Below are positions 14,581-27,232 of a stretch of 64,000 bases of DNA, one piece after another. Source of the stretch: Vicugna vicugna. Taxonomy: Eukaryota. The position numbers and the translations under genes are program-made. The stretch covers positions 372,001-436,000 of the forward strand of contig MU058824.1 of the NCBI GenBank assembly GCA_013265495.1, written 5' to 3'. The notes beneath the pieces are model-generated. The model had not been told where the DNA came from and ran no database searches. It worked only from the letters and a program-made list of their open reading frames with translations. Within the stretch, counting starts at the first letter, position 1; each line of letters opens with the position of its first letter.

Positions 14581-14747
14581 CTGACAGCCAGACACACAGT
14601 CTTGTAAAATACCCATGGGGGCATTCACCAAGACAGACCACAGATTGGGTCATAAAACAAAGGTTAACAGATTTAAAGAAGTGAATTCATACGAAGTATG
14701 TTCTCTGACAATAATGTAATTAAACTAGAAATCAGTAATAGAAAGAT

Positions 14748-14910
14748 GGGGGAGGGTACAGCTTAGTGGTAGAGTACATGCTTAGCATGCATGAGGTCCT
14801 GGGTTCAATCCCCAGTACCTCCATTAAAATAAATGGTTAAATAAATAAAAACCTAATAACCTCCTCCTAAGAAAACAAACAAAATACTTTTAAAAAGAAA
14901 AAAAAAAACC
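14748..14910 (+). mobile_element. tRNA-derived SINE (camelid Vic-1-like)
   Basis: GGGGGAGGGTACAGCTTAGTGG A-box, GGTTCAATCC B-box (14802-14811), A-rich tail, TSD AGAAAGAT at 14740-14747 and 14911-14918. Confidence 0.88.
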
Positions 14911-17900
14911 AGAAAGATAATGGGAAATCACTGAATATTTGGGAATTAAACAACACATAGATAATTCATTTGTTAAAGAGAAAACCTCAAAGAAATTTAA
15001 AAATATAATTATATTAATGAAAATAAAAATGCTTTTGTGAGATTTCCACCCTACACATGAGGAGGGCTCAAAAGGAAACACACAGCATTGAATACTTCTA
15101 ATAGAAGAATAGCTTCAAATCAGTGATCTATGTTTCTACATTAGGAACCCCCTAAAAAAAAACTAGAAAAAAAAAAAGAGTAAATTTAATCCCAGTCAGA
15201 GAAAGTATATAATAAAGATTAAGAACAGAGATCAATGAAATTAAAAATCTGAAAAAACACTAGAGAAAAATCAGTGAAGCTAAAAGTTGGTTCTTGGAAA
15301 ATATCAATAAAATTGATAACTCTCCAATCAGACTGATCATTAAAGAAAGAGCAGACAGAAGTTTCCAATATCAGGAATTGAAGCGGGGACATCACTATAG
15401 AGCCTGTAGATATTGAAAGGAAAATGAGGGAATGCTATAAACAATAATTTTACGCCCATAAATTCACAATTTAAGTTAAATGGCCAAAAAATAGAGAGAG
15501 AGAGATCAATAGGACAGAGTTGAGAGTATAGAAATAGACTCATATATACGATCAAATGATTTCTGACAAAGGTGCAAAGGTATATCAATAGCTAATTTTT
15601 TAACAAATGGTACCAAAAAATTGGACACTCATATGTAAAAACAAAAAAAACCCAGCAAAACCTTTCAACCTATACTTCTCACTATATATAAAATTATCTC
15701 AAAATCAATAACAAATTTAAATGTAAAACTTTTAGAAGGAAACAAAGGTGAAAGAAAATCTCTGTGACCTTGAGTTAGGCAAAAATTTCTTAGATATGAT
15801 ACCAAAGAACAATCCATTAAAAATTAATAAACTGAATTTCATCCAAATTTAAAACTCTGAGAGATATTGTTAAGAAAATAAATACACAAGTCACAAAAAT
15901 TAGGAGAAAATATTTGTAAAACACGTATCTGAAAAAGCCTTCTATCCAGAATAAATAAAGAACTCTTACAAGTGAATAATAAAAAGACAGATAATGAAAT
16001 TAAAAGACATCCAAAAGGTTTGAATAGACATTTCACCAAATGAGCATATGAAAAGATACTCAACATCATTAATACACAGGGAAATGCAAATTCAATCCAC
16101 AATGTGATGCCATTCCAGCAGAATGGCTTAAACAAAAACGAAACCAAAGTTGTCAATACCAAATGTTTGGTGAGCATGTAGCACAACTAAACTCTCCACA
16201 TTGCTGGTAGGAGTGCAAATTGGTATAGCCATTATGGAAAACTGCCAGTTTCTTAGTAAGTTAAATATATACTTAATATGTGGCCCAATAATCTCTTCCA
16301 GGCATTTACACAGGAGAAATAAAAGCACGAAGGCTTATGTTCACATAAAAACCTGCATGTGGATGTTTATGGAAGCTTTATTTATTATTGCTAAAAACTG
16401 GAAACATCTCAATTATCCTTCAAAGGGAGAATGACAAGAGAAACTGTAGTACATTCATATAATAGAACACTGCTCAGCAACAAAAAGGAATGAACTACTG
16501 AGCTACTCAATAATACAGAAAAATCTCAAATGCATTATGCTAAGTGAAAGAACTCCATCTCAAAGGGTACATATTGTATGATTCATTTACATGGCATTCT
16601 GGAAAAGGTAAAACTACAGGAACAGAAAACAGACCAGTGGTTTCCAGGGGCTAAGATGTGGGGAGCGACTGATGATAAGGGGACATGGGGGAATTTGGGA
16701 GTGTGAGGAAATTGTTCTGCATCTTGATTGCAGTGGTAATCACATGAGCATATATTTGTCAAAATTAAATAACTGTACACTACAAAAGGGTAAAACTGAC
16801 TGTATTTACTGTATTAAAATCGCATAAACTTCACTTAAAAACAACAACAACAAAAAGATACCATGGCTCCTGCCGTGAACTTTAAATGAAAAAAAAGTTG
16901 CTATTTTCATCATAGACAAGGATCAGGTACTCATATACTGGCTGAGGGTAATCATATATGAATTGAGCATGAGGGAAGCCAGTTACTTTAAAGGTGCTTA
17001 GGCATAAACTTCTAATGGGGGAAGAAAACTGACTAAATGAAATACCTGCTTTGAGGAAATATAAATGCTAGATAGGTGTCACACTTCCGTCTGGGTTGTT
17101 TTGTGTCTGAAACGAATCTGTGTGTCTGAATACAAATATTTCAACATATATTTAAATCTTGGATATACTGGGATCCAGAAGTACTTTGTAGCTTCTCAGA
17201 TAACTCACTTTGCAAAGCCATATTTCCATGTACGCTGGTATTAAAGCAAGAAAGGTCATTGCTCTTGAAATTTGAAAGAGCCTTATAGTAACTCCTGGAA
17301 AAGGCAAGTGTTTCTTATTTCTGCTTCTTCTTCTTCTTTTTTTTTTTTTTAAATCTGGGCTTTTGAAGATGGAGGCAAATTTTGAATTTGATTCAACACA
17401 TCTGATAATAGAAGCCACTATGCACAAGTCTTCCTAGTGGGCACACAGTGCTACGTATTAGTCTTTCTACAAAGACTCCCAATATCTAATCCAGAAGATC
17501 TTAGAGAGTCTATCACTGCATTTACAGACAGGGAGTCATTTAAATAGAAACTCATTAACAGAATTAAATGTATTACAGGTAAAGTACGATCCTTTTTATC
17601 ATTTGAGCCCTTCTGGAGCATACAGAGAAAGTGCGGCAGTAAAGCTGGTCTCTAGTTGCCTTTCACGATGAAAGGGCACTCTCCACCAGCATCCTATATG
17701 TTGGCATTAAGCAAAGACAGTAGTACTTAGTGTTAGCAAGATGACAGTAATTGATATTATAATTTCCCCCTAGTTGGGATTCTTCCTTGGAAGCTTTAGT
17801 AAGGGACAGGATTTGGAAATGTAGTCACAAGAACACATGTCAGAAGGGGAGGCAACCATCACACGTCGGGATAATCCTTACTAATTAGGTTTCTTAGGGC

Positions 17901-19040
17901 CGAAGTCAAGTCAGAGCCATGGGGTTAATAGGGTCCGTCCCTCTACCTCCTTGGACACCAATTGCTCTGCTTTTACCAAGTCTGCCGAAGGATATAGGGA
18001 CACCGCATACCTTCTCTTCAATTCCTGACATAGTTTGTTTTTGTTTAATTGGTTACTTATACTTCCCAACAGAAAAGATTTAATTGGGTTATGTCACCAC
18101 CATCCAATATGTTGCGCCTATAAGGAAAATTTCTGAGGTAACTGAAAGCATGTATCCTCTAGTTATGATTAGAAAAAGCGGCATTTAGCCTCAGGTAGCT
18201 CCTGTTTTGAGCTGCTTCAGGGGCACAGTGGCTTTATGGTTAGTTTCTGAGTGGTGAGGATCCCATCAGGTTCGGAGCTTCCTGGCTAAAAGAGAGTAAC
18301 TGAGAGAGGCCTCTTCCTTCGTCTGCCTGCCCTACTGCCTCCCTCAGTTCCCTCAGTTACAATACTCAGCCAATATCTGTCCAGTCTACAGGACAGCTTA
18401 TCTCAATGATCAAATGAAATGATTTATTGTTTCAAGTGTTCAGTAATGGCAACGTGGTACAAATGTAGGGCTTATGATGTAAACTAATATTCACTGGATG
18501 TCAGTGCCCTTAAATTTGCATTATCAGGAACAGCTAATGTAGGGTGCAGCTGGCTAGTGTGTTGTTTTAATTATTCCGCCAATTGTGGAGATAGCCTCTA
18601 ATCCACGACCAATTGGTGCTTGCTTAAGTGGGGCTGGCATTCTGCATGTGCTCAGTCTGAACATAGCTCAGAAAGCTGAGCTGGAACCATGACTGAAAAG
18701 CCACTGCTCTACTGCATTCGGTTAGTTTAAGGCTAGCTGAAGCAGAAGAATCTCTGTGTGGACTGGTATGTGCAGAAACCAGAGCTCCACCTCTAGCGGT
18801 TAGAGGAAAGGACTGTCACTTGTAGTGACAATTTGCCACTCTACACAACAGCTACGCCGCCACACTGTCTAACAGGAGTAAATCCAGCATTCTCTACTGA
18901 CATCTTATTTTCTTGTTCTAAAATGTTACCTCTGTGTGGCATCAAAGATACATTTACATGTTTTCACCTACTTCTTACTTCATACCTTTCATATTGTCAC
19001 AATCTTGGGAAGGCATTTGTGGGCATTTAAAAAACGTTTA

Positions 19041-19155
19041 GGGGATGGGGGGTATAGCTCAGTGGAAAAGCACGTGCACAAGGTCCTGGGTTTAATCCCC
19101 AGTGCCTCCGTTCAGGGAAAAAATGAGACAGACAAGGCAAAACAAAACCAAACCA
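19041..19155 (+). mobile_element. Second tRNA-derived SINE copy with internal deletion
   Basis: GGGGGTATAGCTCAGTGG...GGTCCTGGGTTTAATCCCCAGTGCCTCC followed by an A-rich tail; homologous to the 14748 copy. Confidence 0.8.
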
Positions 19156-19254
19156 AAATTCTTTGTTAGCATTTAGAGCTTTTGCACTTTGAGACATTTC
19201 TGAATCTATTTAAGATTTGATTATTTTACTGTAAATCCAACCGGAGATAACAAT

Positions 19255-19490
19255 AACAGTAATGAAGTTCTGTTGCCTATTATGTGTCAGGTGTGATGCT
19301 AGGTGTTTTACAGCCATTTTCTCATTTAACTGTCCCATAGGCAAAGTATCATAAACTATACAGATGAGGAAACTGAGGGTCAAAAAGATTAAGCGGTTTA
19401 ACCAAGATAATACAGCTAATAAATGACAAAGCCAGAATTCAAAACTCGAGTTTCTCTGATTCTAAAATCCATATCTTTTCTACTACACTA
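19255..19490 (+). mobile_element. MIR SINE
   Basis: Core 'tacagatgaggaaactgagggtcaaaaagattaag'. Confidence 0.7.
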
Positions 19491-20699
19491 CATTGAATAT
19501 TATTAAAATGAATCTACTGAATTCTGTTATCAACTATGCCTCTGTTATTCAATTAAGTGATATGAATTTGATGTTAAGAGAAAAAGCTACATATCTATAA
19601 ATGATAGGCATAGCATGTAAAAATTTTACTATATTTGTTTATGTTTTTAGGGCCTAGGGCTGAGCCCTAATTCATCTGACTCTAGGATGTAATGAGTTAT
19701 GTTAAAACTTTAATCCATTCTATTAGGTTTAAACACTAAAAATTGCTACTAAAATGATGTCTCATTCAGGGAAAGCCTCTTCGCTCCTCCTTTAGGACAA
19801 TGGGCAGCACAGAAAGTGTCCGATTTAATTAGTTGTGTATGTAGAAAGAGATGCTCATCTGTTTCCATGGAGTCAAACACATCACTGACATACTTCTCCA
19901 TGGAAACAGAGATGGGAAAACAGAAAATGCTGAAGTGAATGAATTCACTGAGCAGTTGGTGAGCAAAGAATGAAGGAAAAAAATTCATCTGTAGTACTAC
20001 GTTACTAGTTTAGAAAAGAGAAATAGCATGCAGGTAGAGATCATCACGTGAGCTACATAAAAGAATGCACAAGATGCACTGAAATTTAAGATGTATCTTA
20101 ATACCAAAAAATAACGTATTATTTTGGTAGGAATATGTTAATGTTAGGAACTACTACAGAACAAAGGTATTACTGTCTTTGCACAGAAGACAAAAATGGC
20201 AGAATTCTTAAAAGATGAGCAGTGTTACAGCACTAGGTCAGCAATGAGTAGGGGGTTCCTTAAACAAAATGAGAAAAGGCATAGGGAACCAATTTATAAG
20301 TAAATTTATCAGCTCTGTACTTATTTCACATCATGATTGCTTCTTTGTTTTTAAGGAATTTTTTCTTAGGGTGTATAAAATTACAGGAATATTTCAAGTT
20401 TTATTCTGTAACATTAATTTTATGATTTAGCCTACATAAGTGCTTTCAATTCACAGCATATTGCACACTTTGTTCTTTTTGAAGGTTGTGTTTCATATGA
20501 AAATAATAAAAGATTAATTTTATAGGATATGTTTTCTTAAGGAATTCTGACTTAAATTTTTTTTTTCCCAACCCAAGTTACAATTTAGTACTAACTTGCC
20601 TCTCAATTCAAATCAATACAATTCAATTCAGATTTAATCTCAGCCCTCTAGATGATGATAGACTCTTGGGAGGAAAGATACTTAAAAGAATGATTAGAA

Positions 20700-23100
20700 T
20701 ATTTATTTAGTCCTTCAATAAATAATTCTCATGTGCTTACTGTGTGCTCGATTTTGTGGATATGATAATGAACTAAATAGACCTAGTCTCTACTCATGTA
20801 GGCTACCAGCTAATAGAGGAGAAAGACATTATAATAGTCATACACATAAATACACAGTTATGATGTGAAGGGAAACTACAGAGTTCCAAGACAGTACACA
20901 ATGAACAGACTTCACTGAGATTGAATGAGTAGAGCAGGCCTCTTCAAAGAAGTGACCTTAATACTGAGATCTGAAGGATGAATAAAGGTCAGTCAGACAG
21001 TGGATGGGGAGAACAGTATTTCACGCAGAAGCCCTGATATGGAAAAGGGCTTGGCAGTTTTGAGAAATGAAAAGAAAGCAGGTTTTTCTAGGAAGGGAGT
21101 GGTGAAATGTGAGGTTGGAGAGGGAAAGGGGTACAGGTATGCTTTCAGATTTTATTCCAAGGACAATGGGAGGCAATTAAAGAGTTTTTTAAAGCAGGAA
21201 AATGACATAACTGAACACCCAATATTTAGCATAACTAAACATGGAACATTAAGCCAAAAAAAAAAGTCCAAAAAAGGTAAACTAAAGTATAGTGTTCAAG
21301 ATATATAACTAGGTGGTAAATCTACAATGTAATTATTACCATAAAAGTCAAGACAGCAAATTACTCCAAGGGGAAGGGAAGGATGCAGTAGGGGCCTATT
21401 TTCTTTCAGTAAAATGTGGATTGAGGTAGAGAAGTGGGGACAACAAGCGCAGATGGCTCAGGAAGCTTGGTGTTGGTGACAGAGAGTGATATTTGTCCCC
21501 ATATCCATTCTCTCATTCCTCTTTTTGGGAACTGAGTGCCCTGAGTTTTAGCTGGGCATGATGCCAATCAGGGAGAGATTTTTTTAGCCTCTTTTGTCCT
21601 GGGTGTGGCTCTAAGTCCACCCACTTCCAGAATGACAAATTGCTTTCCTGCATTCTCTGTTTTCCCCTTACTGGCTGGGCTGGGCTATGACTACAGTGAA
21701 AGACTCTGCCTTTGCCCGGAGATGGAAGCCACATGTTGAGAATGGCAAAGCTGAACTCTAGCAGCTTCCCTGGATGGTTGTGTCAAGCAGAGATGTCTAT
21801 CCACCCTACGCTGCTCACTTGCCTTTGTACTATAATGAGAATGAGACATAATTCTATCTTAGTCAAGTCACGGTTATAGCAGTTTAGCCCATCTACTGGT
21901 ACACTTACAAAGAAAAGTTGAGAGCTATGGCAATACCCAGAGGGGGATGAAGGACCAAGAAAGGGATTTTTAAATAATGGAGTTAATAGAGCATGTTTAA
22001 ATGTTGGTGGAGAAGAACACAGAATAAAAGAAAAGGTTGAAGATGTATTAACCAGAGGTTAAAAAAAAAAAAAAGGAACAAGATCCCTGAGAAGATAGGA
22101 TGGAATAGAATACAGAGTATGTGTGGAAGAACTGACCTTTGACAGAAAGGGATATTTACTGTTTCAGCAGGAAGAGAGAAGAAAATGGGTGCAGATGTAG
22201 GTAGATTTGTAGATATCATGCTGAAAGAGGGCAGAGTTCCTATTTAATGTTTCCATTTTCGGTAGGGAGCATAAAGCATTAGCTGAGAAGGGAGAGGGAG
22301 AGCTGGCCTTCCGAATTGCAGTACAGTGAGAAGTATGAAACAGTCATCACGGAGAAATGTGGTATGATGAACAGAGAGGGCTTAGTGCTCCTTTGAAGTG
22401 GATAATCATGAATTTAGGGAGTTACCAATCTTCTAGACAGGTTAAATTGTTCAGGGGTTGGCAGAAGTAGATGGATTAGATCCATCAAGAGTTGGAATTG
22501 CAATAGCCAGGTGCAACAGATGAAAAGAGAATTTTTCTGAGAGAAAGGATTTTAATAATAGATTATGGAATCAGGCTGAATAAGGAAGAAAGTAAAGACA
22601 GAAAGAGACTGATGATAAAAACTGGAGTAGATAATGGATTGGAGGTCTCAGTGATGTTGAAAAACTATTATTCTCATTAGTAAATGAACTAGAACTAAAA
22701 GAGTTTTAGGTGAACAGTGGAATGTTTGAATGAGTGATTCAGAGGTGTGGAAGATGTCAAGTTCCAAGGAGTATCCAACTGTAGATAGCTGAGGTGAAGT
22801 GAGGATCACATCTCTGATAGGAAAGAGAAATCTTTGTAGAGTATGTGGTAAAAGGATTTTGTCTTTGAAGATGAGTTGGAGTTTGTTTAGTAGAGGAGAA
22901 GGTAGAGGGGTAGAAGGTAGAAAAGGAGAGAGGGAACAGATGTATAGAGAAAAGTAAAGATAAAATTCATGTCATATTGAAGAACAGAAAGCTTAGCCAG
23001 GGGTGAGGGTGCATGGGTAGAAGTTGCTGGAGAAATCAGAAATGTAGGGTGAAAATAAATTCTGAAGGAACAGGAATGGAAGTTCAAGTAGCGTGGACTT
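20700..23100 (+). mobile_element. L2 fragments interrupted by an LTR-like element (~21490-21890)
   Basis: Purine-rich L2-type text (agctgagatctgaaggatga-like, ttttattccaagg...aagcagg). The middle segment resembles ERVL LTR16/LTR33 ('gagttttagctgggcat'). Confidence 0.55.
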
Positions 23101-23774
23101 TATTTCAAAGCCCAGGTTGTCAATCATGACGTACTAGACATGTGCATAGAGATGACAAATAGAAATTTTTATTTTATTTATTCTCTTTGGGACTAATGAC
23201 TTGCGAACATGTAGATCTGTGGTTTTCACAATTCTGGATAATTCTCACTCATTTTGTCTTGGAATACCATCTTTCTCCTATTCACTTTATTCTCTAGAAC
23301 TTCCATAATGGACATTTCTCTCTCTCTCTATATATATATATATGATAAGGCAAACTCAATCAATTTCAATCAGTTGAATCAATGACAGAGAGAACACTGA
23401 ATCAATTTAAAATCATCAAAATTTAAATTATCTGTAAACATTAGGACTCTGGGTATATATTAAATGTTAAAGATCATTATCCAATATCTCATTCCAGATC
23501 TCTGTTATTACAGAGCTGAATTCTCTTAACGCCTTAGAGTACATATTCAGATTCTAGGCCAAATACACAGATATTTCTCAAGTACTTTTCATCTAATCTT
23601 AACTCATATTTTTTTGGGGAAATAATTCTTGTCCAAGCCCCGAAACAAAATGTAAATAACAATGTATTTCCATTAAAATATGTAAGAAAATTGCAAATTA
23701 AAACTAAGATGAATAAACCTCAGGACAAGAGTTATTTTTAAAGCTTTTGTATTTAAGGGGAGCTTGGAACTTAC

Positions 23775-23880
23775 CTACGATGAGCTTGTGAAGAGCACCC
23801 TTATCTCCATTAATAGCAGCAGCATGAACTTGGGACGCTAATGAGGAACCAGTAAAGAACAAGCTCTCTGACTTGTTCAT
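23775..23880 (-). CDS. INVS: Inversin (NPHP2) first coding exon; whole exon 23775-23904 including 24 nt of 5'UTR
   Basis: Translates MNKSESLFFTGSSLASQVHAAAINGDKGALHKLIV+G, matching the inversin N-terminus. Acceptor tttcag|GTGACT at 23905/23904, ATG at 23880-23878, donor GTAG|gtaagt at 23775/23774. The 106 coding nt give phase 1, matching the next exon. Confidence 0.97.
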
Positions 23881-25289
23881 AGTCTTCTCAACAACTGGAG
23901 TCACCTGAAACAACGATGTAACTACTAAACGTCTGTAGGTAACATTTCTGAAACCGATCTCATCAGTTCTAAATGGATGTTATAAATATGGTTTACTAGA
24001 AAATTTTCACAAGGATTCTAAAAGTTTACAGTCCTAGTCTTAGAATTTCCATAAGATGGCAAATTAGGTGACCCTTTATTCAAGTTGCTCATTTGTAAAA
24101 TGAGAAGATCAGATGCTTCTAAGACCCTCCTCAAGGGCTGAGGGGAAAAAAAAGCTGAATATTTACCATTAGACACAGGGTTCAAAAGCCTCAGTGACTT
24201 GCTAAGTTAATATAGCTGATTTGATTCCACATAATACTAAACAACAGAATTGATATTGGGAATAAAGGTGATGACTAAGCCACAAAATAGAATGATGTGA
24301 ACTTGACTGTCAAGTTAGAATTAACTAAATTCAAGTGCTAAATTAAAAGATGCCTAGTTCGTTCTTTCATGTCCACAAAAGGAGGAATTTTTTTTTCTCT
24401 CCTTGTGTCCACCAGGGAAATGGTATATACCAAGTCAGAGATCTTGACCTTAGGAACTTACTTGGAAACCATATCATTAGAGTAAACCATGTTTCATTAT
24501 GGAAAATTCTGCTCTGACTGGTAGTCTGATATGGTTTGACAGAACCTTCTAGAAATGCATTAGCTGCAATGGGAAATAGTGAGTTCCCTGTCATAAGTAT
24601 GTTTAAGCAGAGGCTAGATTAGTCAGAAGTGCAGCAGGAAGAATTCAAGCATCCGACGGGAAGGAAGGAGGGGTAGTTGCATCAAATCTTACACTTCCTT
24701 CTGAAAGCTAAGACGCTATATCCAAGTTCCAAAGTTGAACGTCTACAAGAATCAGGGAGGTAACAAATGCAAGAAACATGGGAAGTCACAGTGATCATGG
24801 CAAATTGGAGCACACTTACCTAAAGGGAGCAGCTGTTAATAAGTTACAGTTATTATCTGCCATAAGGGTAAGCAAGCCCTCTTCTGATTTTACCAAAAAG
24901 TGTCACTCCAGTCTCTGTAAGTCCCAAGGATCTAGGATTTTTGTAAGATAAATTTATCACAACTGATGAGCTAGTAATTGGCTGTCACTGACAAGGATTA
25001 CTGGTTCAAGTTCTGCCTTAGAATGAAAGTACTTCCCTAACTTTAGTAAAGGTCAGCTTTCCATGTCTTTATTTTGCTGACAATTTGAGTTAACATGTTG
25101 GCAAAATCCATGGGCGTTTTCAGACACTTCTGTCGTATCTGAGCGTGTCTGTCATGTCAGAAAAACCAGTCAGATGCAGGATTATATTGAAGTGACTTGA
25201 AGAAGTTACAAAACGGGTGGATGTGGAAACACGGTAGAGGAGTAATTGCACTTGGGCTCAAGGTCCAGTTCTGTTAATAATATGCAGTG

Positions 25290-25480
25290 TGCAACTACTC
25301 TATATAAAAATGATAAAAAATTTCTTCTGTATAGTACAGGGGACTATATTCAATATCTTGTAGTAACCTATAATGAAAAAGAGTATGAAAATAAATATAT
25401 GTATGTATACATATGACTGAAACATTATGCTGTACACCAGAAACTGACACATCATAATTGACTATATTTCAATTTAAAAA
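25290..25480 (+). mobile_element. Short L1 3' end
   Basis: Homologous to the 5700-5885 L1 3'UTR. Imperfect TSD AATAATATG(C/T)A(G/T)TG at 25276-25289 and 25481-25494. Confidence 0.85.
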
Positions 25481-26894
25481 AATAATATGTATTGCACACT
25501 TAAGCTACCTCAGTTCTGATTTTCTGTAAAATATGAAACATGAAAATGGTAGACCATGTTGATTTATTCAACAAGATGAGTGCCAACTATGTGCTAGGTA
25601 CAGTTCTGAACTCTAATGCCTGTCACTTAAGATTCTAAGTGATCAGAGTTTGAGGCACAATGAGAATCACAAAAAACTCTTCATACCTTTTGAAAAATCC
25701 ACCAAAAATGATCTCAGTTGTATATATTTATATGTACTTCATTTCATAATTCTTAGCATTTAGCACAGTAACAGGTATATAGCTGGTGTTCAGTAAATAT
25801 CTGTTGAATGAAAAGTCATAGGCTGGGTGTTAAGTCCAGAGGGTGAGCAGGATCAAAGTTTTATTTCTTAGAGTAATGAGTTCACACTCTTGAGTCTCTG
25901 CTCTTTTTTAATTCCTCATTTCTATCTCTCTGTCAGAGAGGTCGCTTAGTGGTACAGAGATAAGAACACTGGACTAGGAGAGAAGAGACCTAATTAAAAG
26001 CCTTGGCTCTATCACTATTTAATTTTGTCAGACTGAGAATCCTTTTTTTTTAAAATAGCTCAAATGTATTTTTTTAAGCGCTAATGCTTTTTGTAAATTT
26101 TTTATGGATGAAGACCAAAACTACTTTGCTCATTATGAAGTGCTATAAAACGCTAAGGTATCATCATCATTAACTAATTACAAAACAAGCCAGTGTAATA
26201 AATGCTCTAATAACTGTAACTATAGAAATCTAGTGGTACTGTAGTCACAAGCAAAGGAATAGTAATATTGATTAGGACCAAAGTGTTGGTTGTTTGGTTA
26301 AGTTCTCAGAGATGGTGACATATGTGAGGTGGCTATCCAGGTAGAGAAAGGGTTAGGGCCATTCCAGGCAGCAGGGAAGCTGAAGCAAAGGCAAGCAATA
26401 GGGAGAACCACGGAAGGGAGCCGAATGCCTCCTTGTTATGTAGTGGCGATTGTGTGGCTACCACATGGGGCACGTGAACCTGGCTGGGTGTTTGTAGATG
26501 AAGCTGGAGAGCTAACCGGGGCCAGGTTAAGTTCCTCAACTGCTTGGCTAACGAATTTTGCAATTATCCTGTAGGAGTGATCCATGCGTTAGTAGCAATC
26601 ACTCTCCCACAAAGCTTTTCAGTTTACTACGTGCTTTCCCATTCCATGCCATATCTGTTCCTTACAGGAGCCCAAAGAGACAATTAGGGATAAGTCATAG
26701 ACACATTCCACTGAAACCCAGAGAGGTGGCTCTAAATTTATGATGCAGGAATTAGCGTAGAAAGAAGCAGCAGCAGGAGAGGAGGCCAGTGATAGAGATT
26801 CAGGCCACAGACCAGGACGGCCGTGAGTTTGAGGCAGGGGTCAAGGCAGTGCAGATCGATGGGCGCCTCCCCAGCCAGGCCCCCTCCTACTCAC

Positions 26895-27060
26895 CGTCGC
26901 CTCCTCCAGGACTCACGTCCTGGGGGCGGCTCCAGGAGGCACGACCCTCGCTGGGCCGCCCCTCCAGCCAGGCCAGGCCACTACATCCGGCTGGAACAGA
27001 GCCCACTGCGAGGAAACTAGCGGAACCCCCCGGAAGGCCGCCCGAGGCTCTCGACCGCAC
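26895..27060 (-). other. INVS: Probable non-coding exon 1 (5'UTR) of INVS; TSS approximate
   Basis: Lies in the CpG island. Minus-strand donors ACG|gtgagt (exon end 26895) and GAC|gtgagt (exon end 26917). Exon 2 has a splice acceptor 24 nt before its ATG, so an upstream exon is required. Confidence 0.65.
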
Positions 27061-27061
27061 A

Positions 27062-27080
27062 GCCTTCTGGGAATTGTAGT
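27062..27080 (-). promoter_or_regulatory. ZNF143/THAP11-type SBS motif (ACTACAATTCCCAGAAGGC)
   Basis: Near-perfect match on the minus strand to ACTACANNTCCCA...GC, typical of bidirectional promoters. Confidence 0.85.
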
Positions 27081-27107
27081 CCCCATTTTCTGAAGCACAG
27101 ACGTACA

Positions 27108-27121
27108 CCCGCCCTCCGCCC
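27108..27121. promoter_or_regulatory. Tandem GC boxes (SP/KLF)
   Basis: CCCGCCC and CCGCCC. Confidence 0.55.
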
Positions 27122-27203
27122 TTTCTATCCCACAGGGCCCCGCGCGCAGCGGACTCGGTGGACTTGGGCCGAGAGCCTGATGGGAAAAGAGTTCTGGGTG
27201 CCC

Positions 27204-27213
27204 GATGACGTGC
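27204..27213 (+). promoter_or_regulatory. UPRE/CRE-like element GATGACGTGC (XBP1/ATF-type)
   Basis: Matches the GATGACGTG core; ERP44 is known to be UPR-inducible. Confidence 0.55.
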
Positions 27214-27232
27214 TCTTTAAGAATGGCGCAAG

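Larger units (their letters stand above)
11850..16860 (+). mobile_element. Fragmented old L1M (5' region, ORF1 and ORF2 remnants, 3'UTR) hosting nested insertions
   Basis: ORF1p coiled-coil-like MEMTEERITEIDDRPTEIIQSKQ (13549-13755), ORF2 remnants at ~14600-16450, old 3'UTR at 16450-16860. Confidence 0.8.

Noticed and set aside
14748..14825. tRNA gene
   Set aside because: A/B boxes are present, but the A-rich tail, TSD and a second diverged copy identify it as a SINE.
17440..18450. Possible processed pseudogene
   Set aside because: The frames I translated gave no recognisable protein and I saw no polyA/TSD; part resembles an old MaLR LTR.
23881..23913. N-terminal extension MFQVTPVVEKT of INVS from the ORF track
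   Set aside because: It starts at a non-ATG codon in the intron and crosses the acceptor at 23905; the true start is 23880.
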